32,000 nt of DNA from Candidatus Hermodarchaeota archaeon (GTDB lineage: Archaea > Asgardarchaeota > Heimdallarchaeia > Hodarchaeales > Hodarchaeaceae). Positions 1 to 9,140 of this stretch are shown piece by piece (the stretch's first letter is position 1; every line of letters starts with the position of its first letter). The notes under the pieces are model-generated. The model saw only the letters and a list, made by a program, of their open reading frames with translations, was not told where the DNA came from and made no database searches. Where the stretch lies: the NCBI GenBank assembly GCA_048886185.1, contig JBHLKY010000004.1:60001-92000 (forward strand), given 5' to 3'. Position numbers and translations under genes: made by a program.

Positions 1-219
1 ATTATTTTCTTCAAATTTCTGAATTTGTTGCTTCATAATTTTATGAGTTAATTCCTCCCGATTTACCGAGGAGACATGTGGATGTGCTTCTCTAATTTGC
101 TCTTCTGTTTCAATCCACCATTGAGCCAACATACTGGGATCCAGCTTAATACGATTCTTCTTACGGTCTATGGGCTCATCAGGATCCAGCTCCGACCTTT
201 CTGTATTGTTCTTCGGCAT
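1..219 (-). CDS. Hypothetical protein, N-terminal part; 3' end runs off the window
   Basis: Manual translation from ATG at 219: MPKNNTERSELDPDEPIDRKKNRIKLDPSMLAQWWIETEEQIREAHPHVSSVNREELTHKIMKQQIQKFEENN, 73 codons with no stop to the window edge. Not in the ORF track. Confidence 0.7.
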   Translation of the reverse strand, partial: MPKNNTERSELDPDEPIDRKKNRIKLDPSMLAQWWIETEEQIREAHPHVSSVNREELTHKIMKQQIQKFEENN

Positions 220-379
220 AGTTATCTCATCAGAAACAAACTGATATTTAAAAAAATAGGAATCAAATCATTCCTAAAAATCTTTTTAGGAAATCGATTC
301 ACCAGCCTATCTTCCTAAAGCAGTTAATGGTAGAGATGCGATCAATAAACATAAAAAGAAAATCAATATTACGATTTCT

Positions 380-1042
380 ATGTTGAAAGCGTTGTTAGAA
401 AAAATACGTATTAAGCTCTTGTCATTACCTAACTTTATTATATATATTTGGATGATACTTAATATTATTGCTTCATTATATACCATCTATCTCTATAGTT
501 GGCAGTATGTCCATTACCCTATGTTCTTGTGGATATTCATTCCTGATTGTGGAACTTTTGGTATCTTATTTGCTGTTTTTCTATTAGTAACATTGATTTC
601 AAAGCGGAATAATCAAAAGTTAAATCTTATAACATTTATTGGCATCATCAAAGTATTCTTCGCTTCATTCTTGATTTTTATATATAATCCCTATTATTTT
701 GATGTTATATCGTTCATTGGACATCTAGGATTGTTAATCGAAGCTTTCCTACTTCTCCCCTTTATGTTTCCTACGATAAACGATTTAATAATTGGGAGCG
801 GAATACATGGAATCGACTGGTTCTTTGATTTTTTCAATCCATTGTCTGAACTCCCCACCATATTTCTTTATAATGAACCTAATCATCCTACAGCTGCACT
901 TTTTAACGAACTTCTTCTTTTGATAACTTTTGTCAATATTCTTTCTATAATGTCCATTTATTTGCTTCAAAATTATTTAACTAAATCGCAAAAACCCCCT
1001 TCATTTACTAAAGTTTACTCACGAAATTATTTATCAGAATAG
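380..1042 (+). CDS. DUF1405-like integral membrane protein
   Basis: About 5-6 hydrophobic segments. LWIFIPDC resembles the DUF1405 W-x-F-V-P-D-(S/C) motif and GHLGLLIEA resembles its conserved His motif. Confidence 0.65.
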   Translation: MLKALLEKIRIKLLSLPNFIIYIWMILNIIASLYTIYLYSWQYVHYPMFLWIFIPDCGTFGILFAVFLLVTLISKRNNQKLNLITFIGIIKVFFASFLIFIYNPYYFDVISFIGHLGLLIEAFLLLPFMFPTINDLIIGSGIHGIDWFFDFFNPLSELPTIFLYNEPNHPTAALFNELLLLITFVNILSIMSIYLLQNYLTKSQKPPSFTKVYSRNYLSE

Positions 1043-1155
1043 GATTTTCAATATCATAATGTCTTTTTGGTCCCTCTTTGCCATAGAATCTTTTACCACC
1101 ATTAAGGAAAGGTTTAAACGATGTTAATAAAAGAGACTTTTTTGGAGTGAAAATC

Positions 1156-1323
1156 TGGATGGATCACGAAATTCATTAACCATCAATGTTTTTTTTGTCA
1201 CCTGAGATATTCCTCCATCTTTCAGAATTTTTTTCGTTTTTTCCTGAAAGGAGAGTATTTTACTTTTTTTTTGACTAAGAATACCAATTATCGAGCTGGT
1301 GATTGGATGGATCGCGAAATTCA
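1156..1323 (+). repeat. 20-bp direct repeat TGGATGGATC(A/G)CGAAATTCA in the ileS upstream region
   Basis: Copies at 1156-1175 and 1304-1323 differ by one base. The core TCACGAAA also occurs at 1019-1026 and 1321-1328. Confidence 0.8.
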
Positions 1324-1428
1324 CGAAAAAGAATAAACTTAAAGGACAAAAGTGGACAGAGCATACGCTCTTTGAGTTAGTAAAGGTATTACCGTATGTG
1401 AAAGTACGAGATCGGAGGAAGAGGTATA

Positions 1429-4395
1429 ATGAGTAATTCATCGTCTCTCTTTTCTCCTGTGTCTGCGAGGCTTGATTGGAAAGCAGCTGAGGCTACATAT
1501 CTTCGTTTTTGGGAAGAAAAACAAATCTTCCAGAAATTAAAAACTAAGCTTAGGAGTTCAAATCAGAAGTTTAGCTTCATTGACGGGCCTATCACAGCTA
1601 ATAATCCCATGGGTGTTCATACAGCCCGAGGACGTACATTGAAGGACATCTATCAGCGATACTGGGCTATGCGTGGATTTAATCAGCGTTTTCAAAATGG
1701 TTTTGATACCCAAGGCCTCTGGGTTGAAGTTGAAGTTGAAAAAGCTCTTGGATTAAATTCTAAAAATGAGATCATGGAGATGGGATTAGAAACCTTTGTT
1801 ATGCATTGTAAATCACGAGTAGAGAAATATTCTAAGATTATCACTGACCAATCGCGCAGACTTGGACAGCAAATGGACTGGAGTAATAGTTATTTTACTC
1901 ACACTGATCATAACATTGAACATATATGGTATTTCCTAAAGATTTGTCATGAAAGAGGTTGGATCTATCGATCTCGTCTAGTTATGCCATGGTGCCCCCG
2001 ATGTTCTACCAGCCTTTCTACTCATGAAATGGCGGATTCGTACAAGATATTAAAACACCCTTCGGTGTTTTTACAGCTTCCTGTATTGGGAACTCCAAAT
2101 AGATACTTTTTGGTATGGACAACAACCCCATGGACGTTGACAGCAAATACTGCTTTAGCAATCCACCCTGAATTGACTTATTTATTAGTTAAGGTGGATG
2201 ACAAGGAATTCTATCTTGCTGAAGACTCTATAATGGTCTTAAGTTGTGAATATTCAATATTAAAGGTAATTAAAGGAAGAGAGCTTCTAGAATTGAAATA
2301 CGAGGCTCCCTTTGCAGACTTCCCTTTACAAGAAGGAGTCCATCATAAACTGGTTTCTTGGGGAGAAGTATCTTCAGACGAAGGAACTGGGATAGTACAT
2401 ATTGCACCTGGTTGTGGTGCTGAAGACTTTGAATTAGGGAAACAATACAATTTAGATGTTATTGCACCTATCAATGACACTGGGGTGTTAGTAGAAGGTT
2501 TAGGATCGCTTAGTGGATTAGAAACTCATGAGGCAGCCAATCAAATCTTCAGAATGCTTTCTGAGAGAGGGTTCCTGTTTAAGACTGAAACCATTGAGCA
2601 TAGATATCCTGTTTGTTGGCGATGTAAAACTGAACTTGTGTTCAAACTAGAATCTGAATGGTTCATATCCTGTACCGAGATTCGGCCTCTACTTCAGCAA
2701 GCTAACGAAACCGTGAAATGGATACCATCACACGCAGGAAAGCGAATGCATGATTGGTTGGAAAATATGGGTGATTGGTGTATTTCTAGAAAGCGTTATT
2801 GGGGTTTACCATTACCATTCTATCCTTGTGACTGTGGTGAATTGACTGTGGTTGGTAGTCTTCAGGAATTAAAAGAATTAGCCATAGATTCTCTTCAGGT
2901 AGAAAAATTACAAGAGTTACATCGCCCATGGATTGATTTCATACAAATCAAATGTCCAAGCTGCGGGAAGCTGAATGATCGTGTTCCTGAAGTAGGAGAT
3001 TGTTGGTTAGACGCAGGGATTGTCCCCTTTTCTACTCTTGACTATCAATCAAATTATAAATTTTGGAAAGAATGGTTTCCTGCTGATTTAGTATGCGAAA
3101 TGATTGAACAGGTTCGATTGTGGTTTTACTCACAGTTATTCATGTCAGTCGCACTAGAAGGGCGATCACCATTCAAAACTGTAATAGTATATGAGGAAGT
3201 CAGGAGTGAAGATGGCTCTCCTATGCACAAATCTTCAGGAAATGCAATAGATTTTGATTATGCTATCCAGAAGATGGGTGCTGATGTAATGAGATGGAAT
3301 TATGCAACTCAAAAGTCAGATGCATTTCTACGGTTTGGTTTAACAGTTACAGATGAAATTCGTAGAAAATTTATTCCCTTTTGGAATGCGATAAGATTTT
3401 TCCTTAATTTCGCTGTTTTAGATATATCTGATATGTCTCAACTTTCTCATCCTTCCGATAATGTATTTGATCTTTGGATTCTTGCGAGATTGAATGATTT
3501 AATCGATCAATATCACAAAAGCTTCGCCCAATGGGATTGTAAGAAACCTACTCTTTTACTTGAGGAATTCTTTAATGATCTTACCAATTGGTACATACGA
3601 AGTTCACGAAGAAGATTTTGGAAAGAAAAAGATCCATCAACAGATAAAAATGCAGCTTATTCCACACTTTATAAAATATTATTAAATGTGAGTTATCTTA
3701 TAGCCCCTTTCATGCCATTTTTATCTGAACACATTTTTCAGCTTCTTCGAAGTCCATTTAAGAAGCAGTTACCAGAAAGCATTCATCTATGTTCTCTTCC
3801 ATCGAAAAAGGATAATGATAGCAATGAGGAAGTCTTGGACCTGTTCTTAGAATGCCAAAACCTGGTTGAAATCGGTCGATCACTACGGAATAAAGCTAAA
3901 ATCAAATTACGCCAACCTTTATCATTAGCTGTCATCTCAGGGGATTTGAGATTCGCGTCAAGTGAATTCAAAACTCAATTTTTTGAATTCCTAAAACAAG
4001 AATTAAATGTTAAAGAATTAAAATATATAAAGGGATCTACTGATGAATTTTTGATGAAAGAAGAGTATTTGCGTCTGGATTCAAATGAATTTAACTTCTC
4101 TCTTTTCTTAAATACCGCGCTAACTTTTCCTTTACAACTCGAAGGATTGGCTCGAGAAGTAGTGAGGATTATACAACGAATGCGAAAAGATTCAAATCTA
4201 AATTTAGACGCTAAAATTTGTGTTAAATATGAGACCGACTCCGTAAAGCTTTCTAATAGTCTAAAATTGTTTGAGGAATATGTAAAATCAGAAACTTTGG
4301 CTGTAAAATTACTTGCTGAACCCTTAGACGATGCAAAACTATTTTCAATCGATGAATTCAATATCAATCTTGCACTCGAAGTTATTTCAAGCTAG
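1429..4395 (+). CDS. ileS: Isoleucine--tRNA ligase, type 2 (IleRS2)
   Basis: DGPITANNPMGVHT (HIGH region), GFDTQGLWVE, editing motifs WTTTPWTL and GTGIVHIAPG, WCISRKRYWGLPLP, PMHKSSGN (KMSKS region), anticodon domain WYIRSSRRRFW, C-terminal EGLAREVVRIIQRMRK. SD GGAGG upstream. Confidence 0.97.
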   Translation: MSNSSSLFSPVSARLDWKAAEATYLRFWEEKQIFQKLKTKLRSSNQKFSFIDGPITANNPMGVHTARGRTLKDIYQRYWAMRGFNQRFQNGFDTQGLWVEVEVEKALGLNSKNEIMEMGLETFVMHCKSRVEKYSKIITDQSRRLGQQMDWSNSYFTHTDHNIEHIWYFLKICHERGWIYRSRLVMPWCPRCSTSLSTHEMADSYKILKHPSVFLQLPVLGTPNRYFLVWTTTPWTLTANTALAIHPELTYLLVKVDDKEFYLAEDSIMVLSCEYSILKVIKGRELLELKYEAPFADFPLQEGVHHKLVSWGEVSSDEGTGIVHIAPGCGAEDFELGKQYNLDVIAPINDTGVLVEGLGSLSGLETHEAANQIFRMLSERGFLFKTETIEHRYPVCWRCKTELVFKLESEWFISCTEIRPLLQQANETVKWIPSHAGKRMHDWLENMGDWCISRKRYWGLPLPFYPCDCGELTVVGSLQELKELAIDSLQVEKLQELHRPWIDFIQIKCPSCGKLNDRVPEVGDCWLDAGIVPFSTLDYQSNYKFWKEWFPADLVCEMIEQVRLWFYSQLFMSVALEGRSPFKTVIVYEEVRSEDGSPMHKSSGNAIDFDYAIQKMGADVMRWNYATQKSDAFLRFGLTVTDEIRRKFIPFWNAIRFFLNFAVLDISDMSQLSHPSDNVFDLWILARLNDLIDQYHKSFAQWDCKKPTLLLEEFFNDLTNWYIRSSRRRFWKEKDPSTDKNAAYSTLYKILLNVSYLIAPFMPFLSEHIFQLLRSPFKKQLPESIHLCSLPSKKDNDSNEEVLDLFLECQNLVEIGRSLRNKAKIKLRQPLSLAVISGDLRFASSEFKTQFFEFLKQELNVKELKYIKGSTDEFLMKEEYLRLDSNEFNFSLFLNTALTFPLQLEGLAREVVRIIQRMRKDSNLNLDAKICVKYETDSVKLSNSLKLFEEYVKSETLAVKLLAEPLDDAKLFSIDEFNINLALEVISS

Positions 4396-4440
4396 AACTC
4401 ACTAGTAATTCTATCTGTTAATAGTGAGTTTAATTTTTTT
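4396..4440 (+). terminator. Hairpin plus T-tract directly after the ileS stop
   Basis: Perfect 9-bp inverted repeat AACTCACTA (4396-4404) / TAGTGAGTT (4422-4430), followed by T7 at 4434-4440. Confidence 0.5.
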
Positions 4441-4585
4441 CGCACTTCACTCCTCATTTACTTTAATATCAATATTAATAGTTTTAATCAGAGAATCTTA
4501 ACAAAACATACACTTAGTGATGAAAACTCTTTTCTGTGCTTACAAGCCCTTTATTCATTGATCCTAAGGAATAAATAATTCAAAA

Positions 4586-4623
4586 TATATAAAAACAAAG
4601 TAAGATAAAAAATCACATCTTAC
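4586..4623 (+). promoter_or_regulatory. TATA-like box with a downstream palindromic operator-like site
   Basis: TATATAAA at 4586-4593 preceded by an A-run. GTAAGAT-N10-ATCTTAC at 4600-4623, upstream of the CorA-like gene. Confidence 0.35.
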
Positions 4624-4666
4624 AATCCTTCGTTAAAATTTATTTTTTATCTCTCAATACAAAAAG

Positions 4667-6043
4667 TTGAGTAGTATGCCACCAGTGATTGAAAATTTGT
4701 GCCGCAAACATGGTTCCATGCTCGTAACTGATGATCCTGACTTTTTAAATTGTTGTATGCGATGTGAGGTTGCCACTTCATTAGGTTCAGTGGAGATTTG
4801 CCCTCAAAGAGTTCATACATCGAATAGTTGTTGCCCATCCTGCAATATTTTCTTGGAACATGGTTCGGAAGCAATGTTAGCCCATTGGGAAGATCAAGCG
4901 CAATTCTTGTCCGCTTTTCAAATTGTTGTGCCTCTCAGAATTACTGAGGAGGTTATTCGATCCGCTTTCAGACTACAAAAGGTACCAATCAGTCAATTAG
5001 GAATTTTATATGAATGGAAGAACTCTAGAACTCTAGATATTTTATTTGAAAGGCACATCGATTGGGTAATGACGATTAAACACACATACTGGCCCCTTAA
5101 TCTGAATGAAGAAGAATCATTTCTACGAGATCCTTTAATTTATGGTCTTGCAGGTTTTCCATCTCGTGCTGGTGCCTCCCTTTTTTCACAACTTCAAGTG
5201 CTTTTTGAGGATCTAAAAACATGGTTGATAGAAAACTATCAAATTGATCCCTTGGAATTATTTGATGATAATCAGTCTAAAAAGCCATATCAAAATTATA
5301 CTGCTTTTTATGCTTCATATTTTCTCCGATTTGAGAATGCTGAAAATATTACAATCAATATTATGGCCCCAGATTATGAAAAATCGGATGATCCTGAAAC
5401 TTGCATTGTGAGCATGGGAGACAGTCAGATTCCAGTTGTTCTGTTTCAAAAAATCCATGAAGCTTTGGTTATGCAGAAAGGATTAGTGAACTCTTGGTTA
5501 AAGATTGAACCCGCATTAGAGAAAATGTTAGAAGAATTAACAAATATAACTGCAGAAATGCGTACAGTAACAACTTCAACGGTTGTCCAATTAGGTGAGT
5601 TACTAGACCGTACACAAGAAATACAGGCTCAATTCTTAAAACTAAAGCCAGAAATATCTAAAATGCAGGGACATTTGAGTCCAATTGTACCTTTATTATC
5701 GGAACCGATCATTCAAAGGCTTTTACCAAATTTTAACTTGAATCTCATGAATTCTTGGTTAGATTTTGCTAAATCCGTTGAACGTTCCGTTGAAGGAGCG
5801 ACTTCTTATATACAAGGTAAAATGAATTTATTAGCTCTTGAACAGGAAAAACGAACAACTAAAAGACTAAACTTGCTAACTGCGTTATTCGGGTGTCTTT
5901 CAGGATTGAATCTGCTGGTTGCTCTAATAGCTTGGTATCAACCTGAACCACAACCTCAGACATTTTTAATCACTGTCGTTTTAATAACTGGCTTAATCGC
6001 GTTAACCCTCCTTTTTGTTGGTAGAGTTGTATCACGGGATTAA
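4667..6043 (+). CDS. CorA/MIT-like membrane protein (soluble domain, long helical stalk, 2 C-terminal TM helices) with Cys/His-rich N-terminus; start probably ATG 4676
   Basis: N-terminal CRKH..CCMRC..CPQRVH..CCPSC. Amphipathic helices lead into KRTTKRLNLLTALFGCLSGLNLL (TM1), a short loop and a second TM (TFLITVVLITGLIALTLLFVG). No canonical GMN motif. Confidence 0.6.
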   Translation: MSSMPPVIENLCRKHGSMLVTDDPDFLNCCMRCEVATSLGSVEICPQRVHTSNSCCPSCNIFLEHGSEAMLAHWEDQAQFLSAFQIVVPLRITEEVIRSAFRLQKVPISQLGILYEWKNSRTLDILFERHIDWVMTIKHTYWPLNLNEEESFLRDPLIYGLAGFPSRAGASLFSQLQVLFEDLKTWLIENYQIDPLELFDDNQSKKPYQNYTAFYASYFLRFENAENITINIMAPDYEKSDDPETCIVSMGDSQIPVVLFQKIHEALVMQKGLVNSWLKIEPALEKMLEELTNITAEMRTVTTSTVVQLGELLDRTQEIQAQFLKLKPEISKMQGHLSPIVPLLSEPIIQRLLPNFNLNLMNSWLDFAKSVERSVEGATSYIQGKMNLLALEQEKRTTKRLNLLTALFGCLSGLNLLVALIAWYQPEPQPQTFLITVVLITGLIALTLLFVGRVVSRD

Positions 6044-6056
6044 TTCTATTCTTTAA

Positions 6057-6647
6057 TTACTCTTCAAGTTGATCAGGAGGTAAGGCGAATGGATCATGTA
6101 TTCCTCCTTGAATTGCTTGAGTAGTAAATATTTTTTCTCTATCTGTATAGATCTTGTAACCAGTACAGTATGGTAGTTCGCTATATTCACTGCATTGATT
6201 ACAAACTTCATAGTTTTGTTTAGCTCGTCTTTTGTTAAGATAAATGTAACCAGGTATGAAGTTCAATAGGATAAATGCTTTAATTAGCCAATTAGGAGTA
6301 AAAAAAAGAAGTAGAAAGGCTATAGAAAATGAAGTACCTAATAAGAAGCGTGAAATATCCTTAATTCTCCGATTTTCGATAAGAAATGCCGTTATAAGAG
6401 TAGGTAAAATAAGAATATATAATATGAAGCCTACTTGAATTTCAGTAATACCTTTCCACCATCCCAGTAGAGAACCTAGTCCAATCATCAAAAATGATAC
6501 TAGCATACCTGAATATTGCATAAGACATCCACGACACACTTTATTTCCTTGAATTTCATATACATGATCTCTGTAATTAATACAAAGAGGATGATGCGAA
6601 ATTCGATATGGGCCAAGTATTTTATGGTATAGATTATGAGTGGTCAT
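6057..6647 (-). CDS. DUF2085-like Cys/His-rich membrane protein
   Basis: SHHPLC..DHVY..VCRGCLMQYSG before about 4 TM helices, and CNQC..YCTGY after them. Confidence 0.6.
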   Translation of the reverse strand: MTTHNLYHKILGPYRISHHPLCINYRDHVYEIQGNKVCRGCLMQYSGMLVSFLMIGLGSLLGWWKGITEIQVGFILYILILPTLITAFLIENRRIKDISRFLLGTSFSIAFLLLFFTPNWLIKAFILLNFIPGYIYLNKRRAKQNYEVCNQCSEYSELPYCTGYKIYTDREKIFTTQAIQGGIHDPFALPPDQLEE

Positions 6648-6676
6648 GCTTGATGATCCTCAAGAACCAAGAAATC

Positions 6677-8197
6677 TCAGAGATTGTCCTCTAGTTTTTT
6701 ACTTATATGTTTTAGAAATTCCTGATGATGTTTTTCAAGGCTAATTTTAGTTCTTTCTTCAACAGTGGTTAATAAGAAGGTAGGATATCTCTGAAAAGGA
6801 ATTTTTTGAGTAGAATATTTTTCCCAATAACATAATCCTTCTTTGGTGTTACCTTCAATATGATTCAATAGAGCTACTTCATAATGATACTGATTTTCAA
6901 GCACTTTATTTTGTGATTTTTTAACTGCTGGAAGAATAATATCCCTTATCAAAATTATTGCTTGTTTATAATCGTTTCTTACAACATATTCATTCCGATA
7001 ATTATTGCCCAATGTAATGAGTTCATTCCAGATTTTCTTTTTCTTGAAATAATCACACGTTTGTACTAAATACTCCCATGCGAGTTTTGAATTACCAATT
7101 TTTAAGTACATATATCCTAAATTTCCTTGGGTGGAAACAATACTTTCAGGATCATGAGGTTTAATTTTTTTAAGGACTTCAAGTAATTGAAAGTAGATGT
7201 TCAAGGCTTGGTCAAAGTCTTTTTCATTAATCGCAATTTTTGCTAAGTAATCTAAAGAATATCCCTCCCCTCGTAAAGTACGAGTTGGGAGTTCCAAAAC
7301 TCTTTCAAAAACTTTTCTGCCATTTTCTATTTGATTTTGATTTAAATAGCTCTCACCAAGCTCGAGAAGAATATCTTCTGTTGGGTTTATTGAAAAGGCT
7401 TGATTATAAGCGTCAATAGCCTGATCTAGAAAACCAGCAGACTTCGCTGACCTCGCTAGTGTTGTTAAAGCTAAATGTTGTCCTAGAGGATTCTCTATCT
7501 TTTTATAATAAGAAACTGCTTGAGAACTACTTTTCAGCGCATTCGTGAACTTTTTTCGAATCAGAAAAACCTCTGCTAAATTATGATAAGTAGCTGCGAG
7601 GTTGGGAATGTTTTGAACTTCCTCAAAGAGATTGCGAGCTTTATCAAAATGGAATAATGCAAGATCAACCTCCCCATTTTGATAAAACATACTTCCAATA
7701 CTTAGGTGAGAAATAGCAATAGCTTCGGAATTTCCTATATGTTGGGCAATCTCAAGAGCTCTGAAATGAAATTTCTTAGCTTCTTTTAATCGTTGGAGGA
7801 ATACATAAGCATTACCAATGTTATGATATACTTTTGATAATCCCTCATTGTCTTTCGTTTGTTCAAATGCCTTCTCGGCCTTCTGATAATGTGTTAAAGC
7901 TTCGATATAACGCTTATGTATCCGATAAATCTTCCCCAATAGATTTTCAGCATGACCCACCATTGAATAGTTATAAAGTTTATTAAATGAGGGTAAAATT
8001 GTTTCAATTAATTTCTTGGAGTTATTAAAATCCCGAACTGAATAATGTGCTTCTGCTAGCTGATACTTTAATTCAAGCGTTTCCTCTTGTGTTTCTACTC
8101 GAAGAAGTTCCTCCTCCAGTATTTTAATTAAATCATAAAACCTCCCCTGACGAGAATATTCTGTAATCCGTTCATATATCGATGTCATTTCTGTCAA
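6677..8197 (-). CDS. Tetratricopeptide repeat protein
   Basis: Tandem TPR-type units such as NLLGKIYRIHKRYIEALTHYQKA, HNIGNAYVFLQRLKEAKKFHFRAL, LSIGSMFYQNGEVDLALFHFDKA and HNLAEVFLIRKKFTNAL. Alternative ATG at 8188. Confidence 0.9.
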   Translation of the reverse strand: MTEMTSIYERITEYSRQGRFYDLIKILEEELLRVETQEETLELKYQLAEAHYSVRDFNNSKKLIETILPSFNKLYNYSMVGHAENLLGKIYRIHKRYIEALTHYQKAEKAFEQTKDNEGLSKVYHNIGNAYVFLQRLKEAKKFHFRALEIAQHIGNSEAIAISHLSIGSMFYQNGEVDLALFHFDKARNLFEEVQNIPNLAATYHNLAEVFLIRKKFTNALKSSSQAVSYYKKIENPLGQHLALTTLARSAKSAGFLDQAIDAYNQAFSINPTEDILLELGESYLNQNQIENGRKVFERVLELPTRTLRGEGYSLDYLAKIAINEKDFDQALNIYFQLLEVLKKIKPHDPESIVSTQGNLGYMYLKIGNSKLAWEYLVQTCDYFKKKKIWNELITLGNNYRNEYVVRNDYKQAIILIRDIILPAVKKSQNKVLENQYHYEVALLNHIEGNTKEGLCYWEKYSTQKIPFQRYPTFLLTTVEERTKISLEKHHQEFLKHISKKLEDNL

Positions 8198-8258
8198 TGA
8201 TGAAAGAAATTTAACATTTGATATATTTCCCCCTTAAGCTCAAGTTAATTTTTCTGGC

Positions 8259-9071
8259 TTATAAACGTTGGAAAAGAAAAAGATGTATGGTACTCCAAGG
8301 ATTGTAATAATCCTGCAACTCGAGCTGATTTTCGAATTCCTTTAACATATTTTTTCGAATTTCCATCATAGCTTTATTACTGTCTTCTGGGGGATTTTTA
8401 CTATTTAATTCCTGTTGTAAATAACCTTGAGCGTACATTTCAACTGCCCGGAGGCCTATTTCACGCGGCCATTTACAATTAGGCTTAAAGGATTGATGTG
8501 TAACTAAATGATATTCTTGTTTCTGCAAAGAGAGGATTTTCTTAAAAGATTCTTGTGAAATGTTATCTATAAGTACCATGAGTCCTTGAGGTGAAACTGT
8601 TCGGAGTAGTTCAGCCCCTACTTTGACTAAGTTTTCTTCCCCTCTTGTGATAATTATATCCTGTAATCCAAGAAAGCATGTTATACAATTGATTTTTGCA
8701 GATTTTAAAGGCAATTTTACTGCATCTGCAGACATGAGATGAGCTTTTACTCCACCTTGAGTCAATAAAGAAGTGATAATATTATGAGGGGGTTTGAAAT
8801 CGAGATTTAGACCTATCAGTTCAGCTTTAGGAAAACGCCAACCGAGTTCAACTAAAAAAGTTCCATATCCACAAGCAACATCTAAAATAATGAGTTTTTT
8901 GTTAGAATCTAGATGTTCAGCTAATATTGATGTTGCCCAACGAGCAGTACCACCCCAACCAATGTCAAATCCATCAATAATTCGATCTTTATCAGGTAAA
9001 CCTTGGGTAAACCACGTTCTAAGTTTATTTTCTTTATCGATGACATTTTCTTCATCAGAAAATCTTCTCAT
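8259..9071 (-). CDS. Class I SAM-dependent methyltransferase
   Basis: Motif I ILDVACGYG, post-I LIGLNL, motif II/III ADAVKLPLKSAKINCITCF. Confidence 0.85.
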   Translation of the reverse strand: MRRFSDEENVIDKENKLRTWFTQGLPDKDRIIDGFDIGWGGTARWATSILAEHLDSNKKLIILDVACGYGTFLVELGWRFPKAELIGLNLDFKPPHNIITSLLTQGGVKAHLMSADAVKLPLKSAKINCITCFLGLQDIIITRGEENLVKVGAELLRTVSPQGLMVLIDNISQESFKKILSLQKQEYHLVTHQSFKPNCKWPREIGLRAVEMYAQGYLQQELNSKNPPEDSNKAMMEIRKNMLKEFENQLELQDYYNPWSTIHLFLFQRL

Positions 9072-9140
9072 TGAATATCAAAATCCAAATAGTTTCCTCT
9101 TTCTTTTAAACTTAAAGAGAAAATAAGAAGGAATGATTGA

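Noticed and set aside
76-318. 80-aa plus-strand ORF in the track
   Set aside because: Antisense shadow of the more protein-like minus-strand ORF 219..1.
1156-1323. Direct repeats read as a CRISPR array
   Set aside because: Only two full copies with a 128-bp spacer, and no cas genes nearby.
1124-1441. 105-aa minus-strand ORF covering the ileS leader
   Set aside because: Low-complexity Lys/Ser/Phe composition derived from T-tracts, and it overlaps the ileS start. Probably spurious, though not excluded.
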